From a virus: 64,000 nt of DNA. How positions within the stretch are numbered: position 1 is the stretch's first letter; the number at the start of each line of letters is the position of its first letter. Shown piece by piece: positions 42,701 through 51,000 of the stretch. A model generated the notes under the pieces. The model was not told where the DNA came from and made no database searches. It saw only the letters and a program-made list of their open reading frames with translations. The DNA lies in IMG/VR virus record IMGVR_UViG_3300044638_004964, positions 41,962 to 105,961 of that record; one strand, 5' to 3'. The translations under genes and the position numbers were made by a program.

Positions 42701-45053
42701 CAATATACTGACCACTAATTGGTGCAATGTGTGGAATACTATCAGAAACTATAAAACCATTACTATCGTTATTAAATGAGAAATAACCATTTAAAAATGG
42801 AGTATTGAGTTGAGGATTATAGAATGAGAAGTCAAACTGATAAGGGTCGAATGGGCCAGAAACTACATTTCCCTCTACCCCTCTCCATCTTCTAGAATAG
42901 TTAGTCTTTAATGTTGATGGTGTCTTATAACTATGTGGGATATCTTCAATTAATGAAACTGGTGCGTATTCTGGACCAGTATTTATAAGATCGTCGTTGC
43001 TTTGTCGTGTAGATGGATAAATTTTTACTGTGCGAGAGTCTAATTCTCTGCTACCTTGACCAACGGTATGAAGCATTAATCCATTGGAGGGCTTATAATG
43101 AATAACAAGCTCTATCTTTGATATCGAAGCGCCGCTTGGTATGGGATAAATATCTAGATACAGATTCTCAAACGAGGAACTCATTGAGTAATCTTTTGAC
43201 TTTCCTATTGCTATACGATCTTCGTATATTTGAAGCGGTATAGTATAATCAACAAACGATGTACTATTAATAACGGGCGATGTGGCTAACTTATAGTGAT
43301 CGCCACCATCATTATTAGTTAAAGATGATGTGTAGAACTCGTCTTTGTCAGAAAGGGCTTCTGATGAAATTCCTAATTCATTAGTTGGATTAAACCCAGA
43401 AGATGATGGTAGTGTTCCAGTTCCAGAGACATTTTGTAAAAATCCACCAACCGCTGGAGTTATATTCAATAATTTATCATCGCTATAGCCAACAACGTCA
43501 AGAACATAATCTCTACTCCCAGAAGCTTTTCTTGCGCGGACTTTTAGCTCTATAGAGTCTATAGTGAAAAAATTATCAGTGGCCGCAACATTGCTAAGTG
43601 CCGCAGAATCAAAACTATTATCTTTACCAAAACTAAAAGCTCCATTTTGATATTCTATTACTCTTGTTGGAGCTTTGTGGCTAAACTTTAGATTCAATTT
43701 GCCAGAATCTGTTATTTCGTTTATGTAGTTTAAAGTTATATAGTCGCTACTAGAATCGTTAATAAGAATATTATTTAATACATTTGATCCACTGGCGCTT
43801 GTATTATATGTTGAAGAATTACTAGACTTCCAAGTACTATTAACTTGCGGATATATATCCGTATCGAAGTCATTTGTAAGTACTTGAACTGGGAATATTG
43901 ATCGTGAAATTCTTTGACCAATTGGGGCGACTTCTGAATAAAAATTAAGATAGCTATCTCTGAGTATTCCAACTCCACCGCTGTTACAAATCTCTATAGA
44001 AGAAATTCTTAAATTATTCGTTGGGATGGATGGATAATTTTCTGGTGAGGATAGGTTTATTCCAGAAGTAGAACAGTCATTTTCGTATCCAAAATTAAAG
44101 CCAGTATTGAATGGGTCATCTAAACAAGTTGAATTTACATCTATATTAAGAGTGTATCCGCTACCCTCTTCCATGAATGGATAATCTTTATCCCATGTGT
44201 GAAGTAATAGATTGTTTACATCTGGCTCTGAAATATAGGTTGAGTAATTTATATTCTCTACTGCATAATTAGAATCACCCCTAAGAATAATATCTTTATA
44301 TTTTATGATTAGATTACCAGACGGATCTTCTAGTCTAATATTTGACAGGGTGTATTTTGGGGGAACGTGGGATATATAGTTCTTAGTTGGGGCCGATGCT
44401 CTTATAAATAAGAAGCTTTCTTTAGCAACTTGAGTAGGTGTTGTTACTTCAAATTTATATCTAAAATCACCATCGGTAAATATAGATGATGGTTGAATAT
44501 ATGAGTCGATTTCGTCAGATATTCTGGTGCTATTTTTGAAATTTTGAGTATAGTTACCAGTAAAAATACCCTCATCGATACTAGAATAAAGATTGCCTGT
44601 CCCCAAATTTTTATTAACAAAATAATTACCATCAAGGACAGTTACTATATCTTTAATGGGGTATAGTTTTTCTGTGGCTTGAAAATTATCTATACTATTT
44701 ATTTTGGTTATAGATCCAGCAAATTTATCTGTATAAGAATTATACAGTCGGCTTGATGAAGATAATCTTCCAACCAAATTGCCAGAGACTGTTAGTGTGC
44801 CGCGAATATCACTATTAGACGATTGCGGTAATTCCTGTAAACCAAAAGACATATTACTTTTGGCTTGAAAATCACCATCTACCGTTAGAGTTGCTGTTAA
44901 ACCAATCCTTTTACTAAGATTAGGTTTTAATTTTCCTATAGCAGATATTCTAGCAGTGGGGGATAAAGTAGCTAATGTTTTAGCTTTAAAAGAACTTGAT
45001 GATTTTAATCTACTAGTTCGTTTTATCTGACAAGATATACAATCTAATGACAT
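33732..45053 (-). CDS. Giant adhesin-like tail protein (LamG-like domain, seven FG-GAP-type repeats)
   Basis: 3773 aa; LamG-like segment near 42050-42550; repeats YGKSVAI, FGHSLDL, FGHAVAI, LGYSVAV, FGYSIDL, FGYDVAI, YGDSVAI, each followed by a GSP/GAP/GGP motif. Confidence 0.7.
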   Translation of the reverse strand: MSLDCISCQIKRTSRLKSSSSFKAKTLATLSPTARISAIGKLKPNLSKRIGLTATLTVDGDFQAKSNMSFGLQELPQSSNSDIRGTLTVSGNLVGRLSSSSRLYNSYTDKFAGSITKINSIDNFQATEKLYPIKDIVTVLDGNYFVNKNLGTGNLYSSIDEGIFTGNYTQNFKNSTRISDEIDSYIQPSSIFTDGDFRYKFEVTTPTQVAKESFLFIRASAPTKNYISHVPPKYTLSNIRLEDPSGNLIIKYKDIILRGDSNYAVENINYSTYISEPDVNNLLLHTWDKDYPFMEEGSGYTLNIDVNSTCLDDPFNTGFNFGYENDCSTSGINLSSPENYPSIPTNNLRISSIEICNSGGVGILRDSYLNFYSEVAPIGQRISRSIFPVQVLTNDFDTDIYPQVNSTWKSSNSSTYNTSASGSNVLNNILINDSSSDYITLNYINEITDSGKLNLKFSHKAPTRVIEYQNGAFSFGKDNSFDSAALSNVAATDNFFTIDSIELKVRARKASGSRDYVLDVVGYSDDKLLNITPAVGGFLQNVSGTGTLPSSSGFNPTNELGISSEALSDKDEFYTSSLTNNDGGDHYKLATSPVINSTSFVDYTIPLQIYEDRIAIGKSKDYSMSSSFENLYLDIYPIPSGASISKIELVIHYKPSNGLMLHTVGQGSRELDSRTVKIYPSTRQSNDDLINTGPEYAPVSLIEDIPHSYKTPSTLKTNYSRRWRGVEGNVVSGPFDPYQFDFSFYNPQLNTPFLNGYFSFNNDSNGFIVSDSIPHIAPISGQYIGSYNKIKNIGLRFNSTSLFSENTPYKTIDWTSIDGYENDSLYGLISDSYDNAVRVSGNTGYIDFGNIDTVSGFSIFARFSPDINMSGVGYNLWNSGIIFAKYDSGQNLEFSLGYENGHLTGYARASNGSIKKVQDNLYYYEYQYPISVILTYNDNLSNKLKLYTDNEKSSTNTFHHLRDQSSSFILTSGNSHLKFGYSDGSGIGSNLFITDIGISTYNDDGTNLIDNNAGQVDLLYKQMQVEHFFETIKHKFWNPSESYDKDEFKLWQYVDDDTSEWNLGAFKICAFSPAYNSFTKRVGADYIIHRLKHDGSAYNLTTDSILPSSVPTSGVCYHTQIENDFLRFNLSDIPDANPNFLSLPPRICKTLPRGYDFAERAMVVDTIIEYETLDNVVWNDGNIGPKLIVSLYTKNQEPVDRPSKVNWGLINRHTHYLAPSGCWEKLSSIFDFNDLIDTSEPWANFDQERNTSEFDTKYYSTDINDMFLQYDLVYPSGSPFDATIKIHSANVRLENALVEANSVTAGPSNNTQFNLVCSGESISLANINLYSYGLDNASGVGGLNLFSSGMPIPTASSVWNNGYGMNLMCSGAVLSSGTLPLYTLNIGTIDSSDGNYSSFDIFGASPSFGPILFVDGRFNQFDEQGINLFTKNSLSSPTTSGNISLFLSNKPISDYSISSLGLYAFSNTAGDSRYPNSRMSLYTELRDVFISAENSLNLYVAAQDYTVTKLEDSLPLFVINYLAYNQDTAQQAGISWNSDNVGKNISVDDNKYSTLSANDEIRGVDLICYGNCGTENSCQESSFTIHDKTWYNDLCVDGGIFRAKNTYTNLSTSGFNSPIGYSGHFYGIRKYTDLIPNAPYKVFITGKTGSNNYISVPPEIEDINYYIQGFGQSGIKLIGDEPYVASGRQVNAQYGKSVAINNDLIAIGSPLSSVSDPVNYVLEDAGTVFLYRRLPAPSGNSWSLNINEHKSPWVLEEQINLPSGYIRDYYTTATRTLVAGFEPITERYWKVGQEGRQFGHSLDLAIYSGNNSLHEPNKEVLVVGGPSSLWSRTFESVNPSSVQIGLMIFTDEFTPIVGQGKSTRTYVDVLNSIKDKDVIFKYFSSPSTAFDVKLIILEPTLDDTESAPSEEFPNPKPTFITKKRIHRRQGSDLQTEKILSGIKEAFNEAFPYNEDLINNNIPPIVGFYVDNSASLGKESLNGDGGGAIDQFISYYQQYSFESGVSDFYGTQSSGAITEFVPTFNDAENWIKMSQDILNHTLDTGRLVLNDQVKYITSGVGSQYFNPNLGEFNYVPTSGGKVYIFEKESGTWSLIQQIDSPADSYGIPDRFGHAVAISNNTEVIAIGSPYINNACEIYEYNNDEKVRLYNDIGPWINLKSSQSGGIGRYAKLRLEYITNVASLGLLEAGKTLYVALNTTERFEARRYLNINEYINIKSFRYSDLSILGTWEFIPQRFLPTPRLGYSVAVNEDGTIVAFGSPTDSLNQWDDGNVWYKNDGYNEPLNIDGLNGPIKSSWQSNTNAGAVRLFESRNYYPHNKVVEFTKFGNLEESISSPENSGHFRYLSQIFQNYNFEKTEFSDLNIPKEAGLAFIITPEIDALSEEILDKLIKWLELGDRNLVLVGNDPLWENNGIYLKSNNIINKILSGLKSRMRLHPARNEYEALVSGCDFNVIPSFRPSQGASTYIQPQTLRGYGVADIRMHLPDYRYTMPCDLKDMWDNPLNHECQMPLIHNGDLRAEWLEQCDRCSGPTIIYPVNWPLVFKTFTPDCCSQSDISAPRYDLTNLEPIPLLVAAESVVNTITYPAIPARYESFPRYRYETRSESTSFTNFDNTNIGSGIEFIWSSSSGNYTYLNTNYGNTNSLGRFFDPELFDDRDSLLQSSATSREGTVIERFVLDDFSTYCAQQNYEASSSKVILIAGVVTESRSQLYNGQGDRNINFYANIAYNTENLKSNIAQLGGWTNRTNFRDGYNDSHLNQLFINLGHTVDVNVQTLYSTHDICWIANPDTLPNNEEINSIKNWLSIGNKKLVITYDGNNLSSVQSKARTASQLCSLLGISITPHFLDEDNIYPVAQTRFQTLAFNESSDLSGNGKTKITSYQLISQIRFVPIKTQDINNRVCYADDSIKATRRKLIGYWQMKSGVAKVSFPVIAGSGYKIFVDTVSETSSETEPLNVFISNANTEAGLPYPTMPRSSPIVDLDINSDQFVTLENAPVGVFRRLSPATIGFVNTYSINVQIPSGMSALTMYFDGNNQRLLNQNKTYAPKSTRLLAVSGASIPVIETVLTQVTKIPILDGFDEIKTREAIPEETITFSAFRPISTDNTKYCSSDRCIENKMNDKLIADGPVVAAQESISSFLAGNNRSRITVLADSSFVQGPCMIDENDLISQNTISFLTSMYPTSPRNSNFGRQFNTMTKIIAPERGSPQKYYALYNSSGINYLFNNGSTSQSLLSNFDDKESKYDPRYVLRTRQPYNNAMDFEEIQKIIKQKIAEFANLQSAYGATAKFSGVIEGVLYEDASFAGGMPELMKKTGYDYLNFDRFSVGYPGDLFGYSIDLYNNKLVVGSPFAAFSDESINPWNHYVSGGLSSGIQLGYNGGAGSVYIFEKTYNGSGLLGAKTPWEFTEKLRPESINIGSGNSGNSIVGDRFGYDVAIDNDTMVIGAPGHDYENHIIVNSGSFGVKFFNKEFDNYYLSFYDLGSKSNRDAFGTSGNISLNNGAIFTFENRIIDWPTRKQKWTLVQKSVAEGYNSRERINSYYGDSVAIDMANRTDSDYSIVVGSPFHQYAISGNHSSTQPLNGAGASYALDVMLREQPASGPSKDSFLNARVFGETLIDGNPTINISFKNNSDNNKSYLASGVIYSNNQGEIFLEASGQDPVTKGFIQHRPYIFAIDGQYMYGTPISQGMILTNFGKAVDIDNNMNMYTNVDDNAFVYNNLGMYTSSITGFASGIPSGLYLFTDCPDPTVISNSGLTLFASGIGTDTDTLNLRIRGK

Positions 45054-45057
45054 AATT

Positions 45058-48000
45058 TTATCCTAATACTGATCCGTTATTTTGTATTCCGTTTTCCGTT
45101 GGGTAAGAATTCTTTAGTTTCTCAGAAACTTTGCCCATTACTCGGCTCTCTAAATTGTCCGCAAAAGCATTCAACATATTTCCACCCATAACATTAACAT
45201 CGACTTTAGTATCGGCTATTTGGTGAGATATTGTGGTTGGTAATGACTTGATACTTTCTGCTACTCCGTTAACATAACCCATCACTCTGGTTAGTGCTTG
45301 TGTTAATTTTTCAAAAGATTCCGTAGATCCACTTCCGCTACTAGATGATACACCACCTCCAGCATAATATTGAACTTTACCACCTCTAGCAAACCCCATG
45401 ACGGCAGAACTATTAGTCATGCCACCGCCCGTCCCGTTCATTTGTTGTAATATTTGTAGATTATTGCCACGATTAACAGCTTCTCTTCTGACTACAAATT
45501 CTCCGGGAGTTAACATTGCGGGAACAGTATCGGTTCCTCTTGGGATAAACATTCCACGATTAGCGTATATTAAGCCACCATTTGCTTTTCCTAAAGCCGC
45601 AACGGCAGCTTGTCCTCTTTCTTGTACTTTATTATAAATAACTTGAGCATCCCTGACATTGATTGTGGCCGATTCTAATTGCATATTAGCCATCTCTGCC
45701 CCAAGCTGTCCAGTTTCTCCAAGAGCGGTGCCATAATCTCTCAATCTAGACTTAGAAGCTTCCTCTTCTGCCGTTGTTCCGCTAGCAACTTGTGCTAATC
45801 TAGGATCAGTGACTCCTCTAGCACTTAAAGCAGAACCAAAAGCTTGTTGAGTTAAACCTCCCTGTCCAGCTAATTGAGTGCCGTATAAAGACTGAACACC
45901 AGCTTCTTGCTGTCTTCTAATATCTTGTGCTGCTAAACCTAAAGCTTCTGGACCAAAAGCTCCCATCAAAGATTTATTCCCAGTAGCTATAGCGGCAGTT
46001 GCCCCAACAGTAGCTTGTGTTTGCATAAACTTGTCAATATCACCAGAAACAAGAGCATCTATAGAATCTTTTTCTAATTTATTTTTTTCACCAATTAATT
46101 TGAGATTTTCTTCTTCAAGCTTAACAAGTTCTCTTATAGTATTAACTTGGTCTTTTTGAGCTTTTTGCAAGTCTTGTTGCATTTCATTCATTCTTGCGCC
46201 ATTAGCTCCTTCGAATCCGTTCTGCTCTGTTCTTGATCCTTCAATTGCTGTAAATTTATCTAGAATTTCTTTATTTCGTCCACGAATGTCTGCTAAACTT
46301 CCAGTGTTCATATTTGATAGACCTAAGTTATTAACATTGGCTCTATCTAATACGTTCTTTCTTCTTTCTTCATTTGTGACTACTTTGCCGCCATATTTAC
46401 TTTGTAGTTCTCGCCCCTCTAATGTTAAGGATAATGCTTCTTTTTGAGCCTCTAAAGCATTTCTTTCTGCTTCTATTCTTTTCTTTGTTAGGTCAATTAA
46501 TACCTGTTCGGCTTTTTGTCTATCTTGAGCAATTTTTTCAATTTCTTCAAACGCTTTTTTTTGTGATTCTGATAACTTATCACCAATAACACTCTTATCT
46601 CCACTTAGTAATTTTTCAACGTCTTTTTGATCTAACTCTAGACCTCTAATAACAGATTTTAGATTATCTTTGATTGCTCCTTCTGGTAATCCATTAGATA
46701 ACTCTTCAGCAAATCTATTTTTTAATTCATCTGGGCTTAGAATTTTACCAGTAACTTTCATTTCGTCTCTTATTTCATCAAAAGCGGCACCGTAGTTTTG
46801 CTGGGCTTGGATAAAGGCTGCGGTATTGCCTTTAAATTTAGCAACATCGCCGGGAGAAACTCCAAGGCTAGAAAGATTTTTACCGACATTTTCCATAGAC
46901 TGTTTGATTTCATCTGGGTCCATAGATGCTGCCGCGCTACCCATTGCTTCTTGCAAAAAGGCAACATCATTAACGAACGAAGAGCCACCAACTTCTAAAC
47001 CAGCAGCAAACTTAGTCATACTCGCTGACTGTGCGCTACTTATAGAAGTTGCTGAACGTAAACCCAAACTCATTGCGTCCAAAGCTGCTCTTGCTGTTTC
47101 AATTTCTTTTGATAAATTTTTAAAACTATTTTCTAACTCTTGAGACATTTCATACGCTGCTTCTGACTGTTGTTGCAGCAGGTTAGCGGTGTCATTATCG
47201 CCTTTATTTCTAGCTTCTATTGATTGATTAGCTAAAGATAAGCCTTTTGCTCTTAAGGATGTTGCTGATTCGCCACCGCTAGCTTGAATTTCTGCATCAA
47301 TTGTTGCTTGATCTTTATTAAGCAATATTCCCGATCTCATAGCCTCATTAGTTAGAGGTCTTCGCATCTCAAACGCTTTTCTTTGAGCATCCATTGAAGA
47401 TTTGTTTAATCCTTCGTTTTCTTTATCAATTCTAGCATTTCGTGTAGATGCGCTTTCAACGTATCCTAATGTTGCGAAACTTGCTACATTTCTACCAAAA
47501 CCTTCAAGACCTCCTTGATTTTTATTTGCATTATTTGTTTGTATCGCTTTTTGATTAGCTTGTTCTAAATTATTTGCTTCCGTTGTAACATTTCTAATTT
47601 TTGACAAGGCATCTGCTGCTGATATAGTTCCTCTATTGAAATCTTCCATCGCTTTTGCGGCATCTTTTTCGCCTTGTTCAAAAGCTTTTTGAGTTTTGGT
47701 TGCTTGAGCTTGAGCTTCTGATAAAGCTACTACACTGTCTTTAGTATTTCCACCAAATAATTCCGATATAGCTTCTGATAGACCCGGATCTTGTGAAGCA
47801 ATTAAAGTTCCAAGACCAGCACCTATAGCCGCTCCGATTGGGCCACCAAGCATAAATCCAAGTACGGCACCACCGCCACCTAAAGCCATTCTGCCAGTAT
47901 TTCCAGCTTCTAAGCTGTATTGATCAGATGCAGCTTTTCCAGCAGCCTCAACGTCGCCACTTTCAATAGCTTTTTTCTTTCGAACTTCTGCATCACTGAA

Positions 48001-51000
48001 CGCTGTTACCGCAGCATTAAATAAAGATATTGCAGTTGTGGCAACGGCTAAAGGTCCAGCAAGTCTACCAAACTGAAATGCAACTTTACCTATCGGGCCA
48101 CTCAAAGACCTAAAAATATCGCCAGTTCTTCCTTTAGGTATAAATTGTTCTACGTCTACTCCGGGGGAGCTTCTTAAACGTCCGCTTTTGTTACGTCTTA
48201 AAGCTAGTCCTCTAAGTATATCTCTGTCGGAACCAGATCCGGGATCTCTATAATTTAATAATCCCGGAACCCTTTGCCCAATACCAGTAGAACCGCCACG
48301 CCTAAAAGCATCTATGCTATCACGAAGATCTGAGCTTCTAGCTCTTCTATCAAACGGTCTAGTAACTTTGCTTTGAAAATCACCTCCGCTCTTCCCAGAT
48401 AAAAATTTACCAACACTTTGCTTTGTAAGAGATACTCCAAATCCTTCTAAGGCGAATACAACTCCGCCAATTGTGGTAATCATACTTAGTACAGAATTAC
48501 CAAACTTTTGCATAGCTGAACTATTATCATCAATTGGTGGCAACATAGCTTGTAGTGCGCCAGACGCTACGCTTATACCAAGTCCAAAATTATTAGTAGC
48601 TTGTGTGGCTCTTTGAGTTGCTTGAGCTTGTGCGGCAGTGTTTACAGTTGCTCCGGGTCCACTTGGGGCGGTAACGGGTTGAACACCCGTTCCGGTAGAT
48701 CCACCAGCAAATTTTTGAACTATTCCACCGTTAGCATATTTACCAACCTTATTCATGCGATTAAGATTGCCATAACCAATACGCTGTGCGGACGATCTAT
48801 TAACAACAAACTCGCCGGGAGTTAATAGTGCGGGAACAGTATCTGTGCCAACCCCGCCACCGGTTGCGAATCTAGCCACGCGATCTACTCTAGAGCCTTT
48901 GTTTCTAATAGCATCTATTGCTGGCTGTTTACTGCCGCCCTGAGTAAATATCATATTCTGAACTGGAATACCAAACTGCGAACTGAGATATTCAGCCGCG
49001 CCCTTAACTCTTTTTGACTTGCTTATAATGCTTACTTTGCGAGCATCTATTTGTCCATTTTTAATTGCAATTTGTAATTCTCTACCAAACTGTGTAATTG
49101 GGGCAGTTTGTAGATCTTGAAGACGCTTTGCCTCATCTCTAAAATATGTATTTAGCGATGCGTCTTTTGCTCCCGGAGTTGGGGCTTTGGCGTAAGCTGT
49201 ATCGCCAATTGTTCTTTTGAGTGTTCTGTCAACATCAACCGCGCCACCGCCAGCCTTGATTAAAGCTTGTATTGCCGCGCTTGGCCTTGGAAGAATTGAG
49301 CCGGATGCTTGTAGTATATCATCAACAAGCGGAGCGTTTTCTATACCTTTAGCTCTACCACCCATAGCAAATTTTTGAATTATTCCACCAGCAGCTTTTT
49401 TAGTAGCTAAATCATTTTTAACAAGATATCTATCAACTTGAGCTAGAAATTTGCTGTTATTTTTACCGCCACTACCAATAGTTCTAGTTACGTCTGTTGG
49501 TATATTGGAAGCTATTCCAAATTTTGATGATACCGCACCAAGGCCAGAAGGAAAATCTAATGGTGAATTTATGCCGTCTTTTTCAAAGGGCGCACCAACA
49601 AGTGCTAATGAAGATTCTAGATAAGCACCAGCAGCATTATAAAATCCAGCTTTTTTGATTACATCATTAATAAATCCTTGTTCTAGTTTTGGTCTTGCTC
49701 CTACGCTTGTTGCTAATTTTGTGCCAATATTTTTAATGGTATCGATGAACCCACTTTTCATGACACCTTCATATTGTTTGGATTCTTTTTTATTTAATCT
49801 AGCGCCTTGGATAGAGACTTGTGTTTTTGTTTTGGGTGTAATGCCAAGCGTGGGACCGTAAGCATTTCCAAATAACCCAACTAATCCAAACTTGGGAACA
49901 TTAGCAAGTTTTTCTTGATTTTCAAATCCTTTTTTTCTTTTTGCTAATTCATTAGCAACTCTAGATGCGCCAGCCCTTGATAAAGCCGTATTTCCACTGA
50001 GCGATGATAATTGATCATCTGATAAAGATGCAAGATTGGATCTAGCTGGGGTTCCAGATCGTGGAATAATAGCTTTGCCACCACGATCAAATCTTTGTAC
50101 TTCTCCACCCCTGTTCATGCCAGCTAAGTTACTAGCACCTAACTTTTGAACACTACTTTTTCGTATAACAAACTCGCCGGGGCTTAACATAGCTGGAACG
50201 GTATCTCTATTACCAACGCCGGGAACCAAACCGCCAGTGGCAAAATGATGAACTTTTCCACCTTTATTAAAAGTGCGACCAGATTGTAATCCAGCGGCAG
50301 TTGCTCCAACGAATGTTCCAATTCCTCTAATTGCCCTAAAAGCAGCTACTGATGCAAGCAACGGAAGTAATGGCTTAATTGAGTCTGCAACTTTAATTAA
50401 AGCACTTGCAAGCGTAAGTGCTGTATTAGCCATGATCTGAAATGTCGAAGTTTCAGTAACGCTACGAATTAATGCTAGAAATTCTTCTCTTACTTTTGCT
50501 ATACGAACAGCTAAAGCTGCTTGTGCCGAAGCAGCATCTTGAGATAATGAATTATTAGCTTTTGTAGCAACATTCAAAGCGGCTTCTGCTGTAGAAAATT
50601 GCTGTAATAGTGGAAGAACTTTACCAATTTGTCGGAATCCACCAAGCTCTTCTGCGACTTTGATAAATGTAATATCTCTTTCGCCAAGACCAGCTAAACC
50701 TTCACTGAGTCTTTTAACAGCTTCGAATGGTCCAACGAATTTACCTTCTAGGTCTACTAGATTAACACCGAACTGTTTTAAAAATTCAATAGTTTCTGGT
50801 CGTTGAATACGTGTGAAAATTGTTCTTAAGCCCGTACCAATACTTTCAGCACTTTCGCGGGTTGTTGCTCTGACTGATGTAAATAGGGCGAGTAGTTCAT
50901 TAAGATCACCGCCAGAAGATTTAAACACACCGCCCGTTCTACGAATAACGTCGATCAAGTCGCTAGCTTCAACGGCGAATGCGCCAGCAACAGCATTAAT

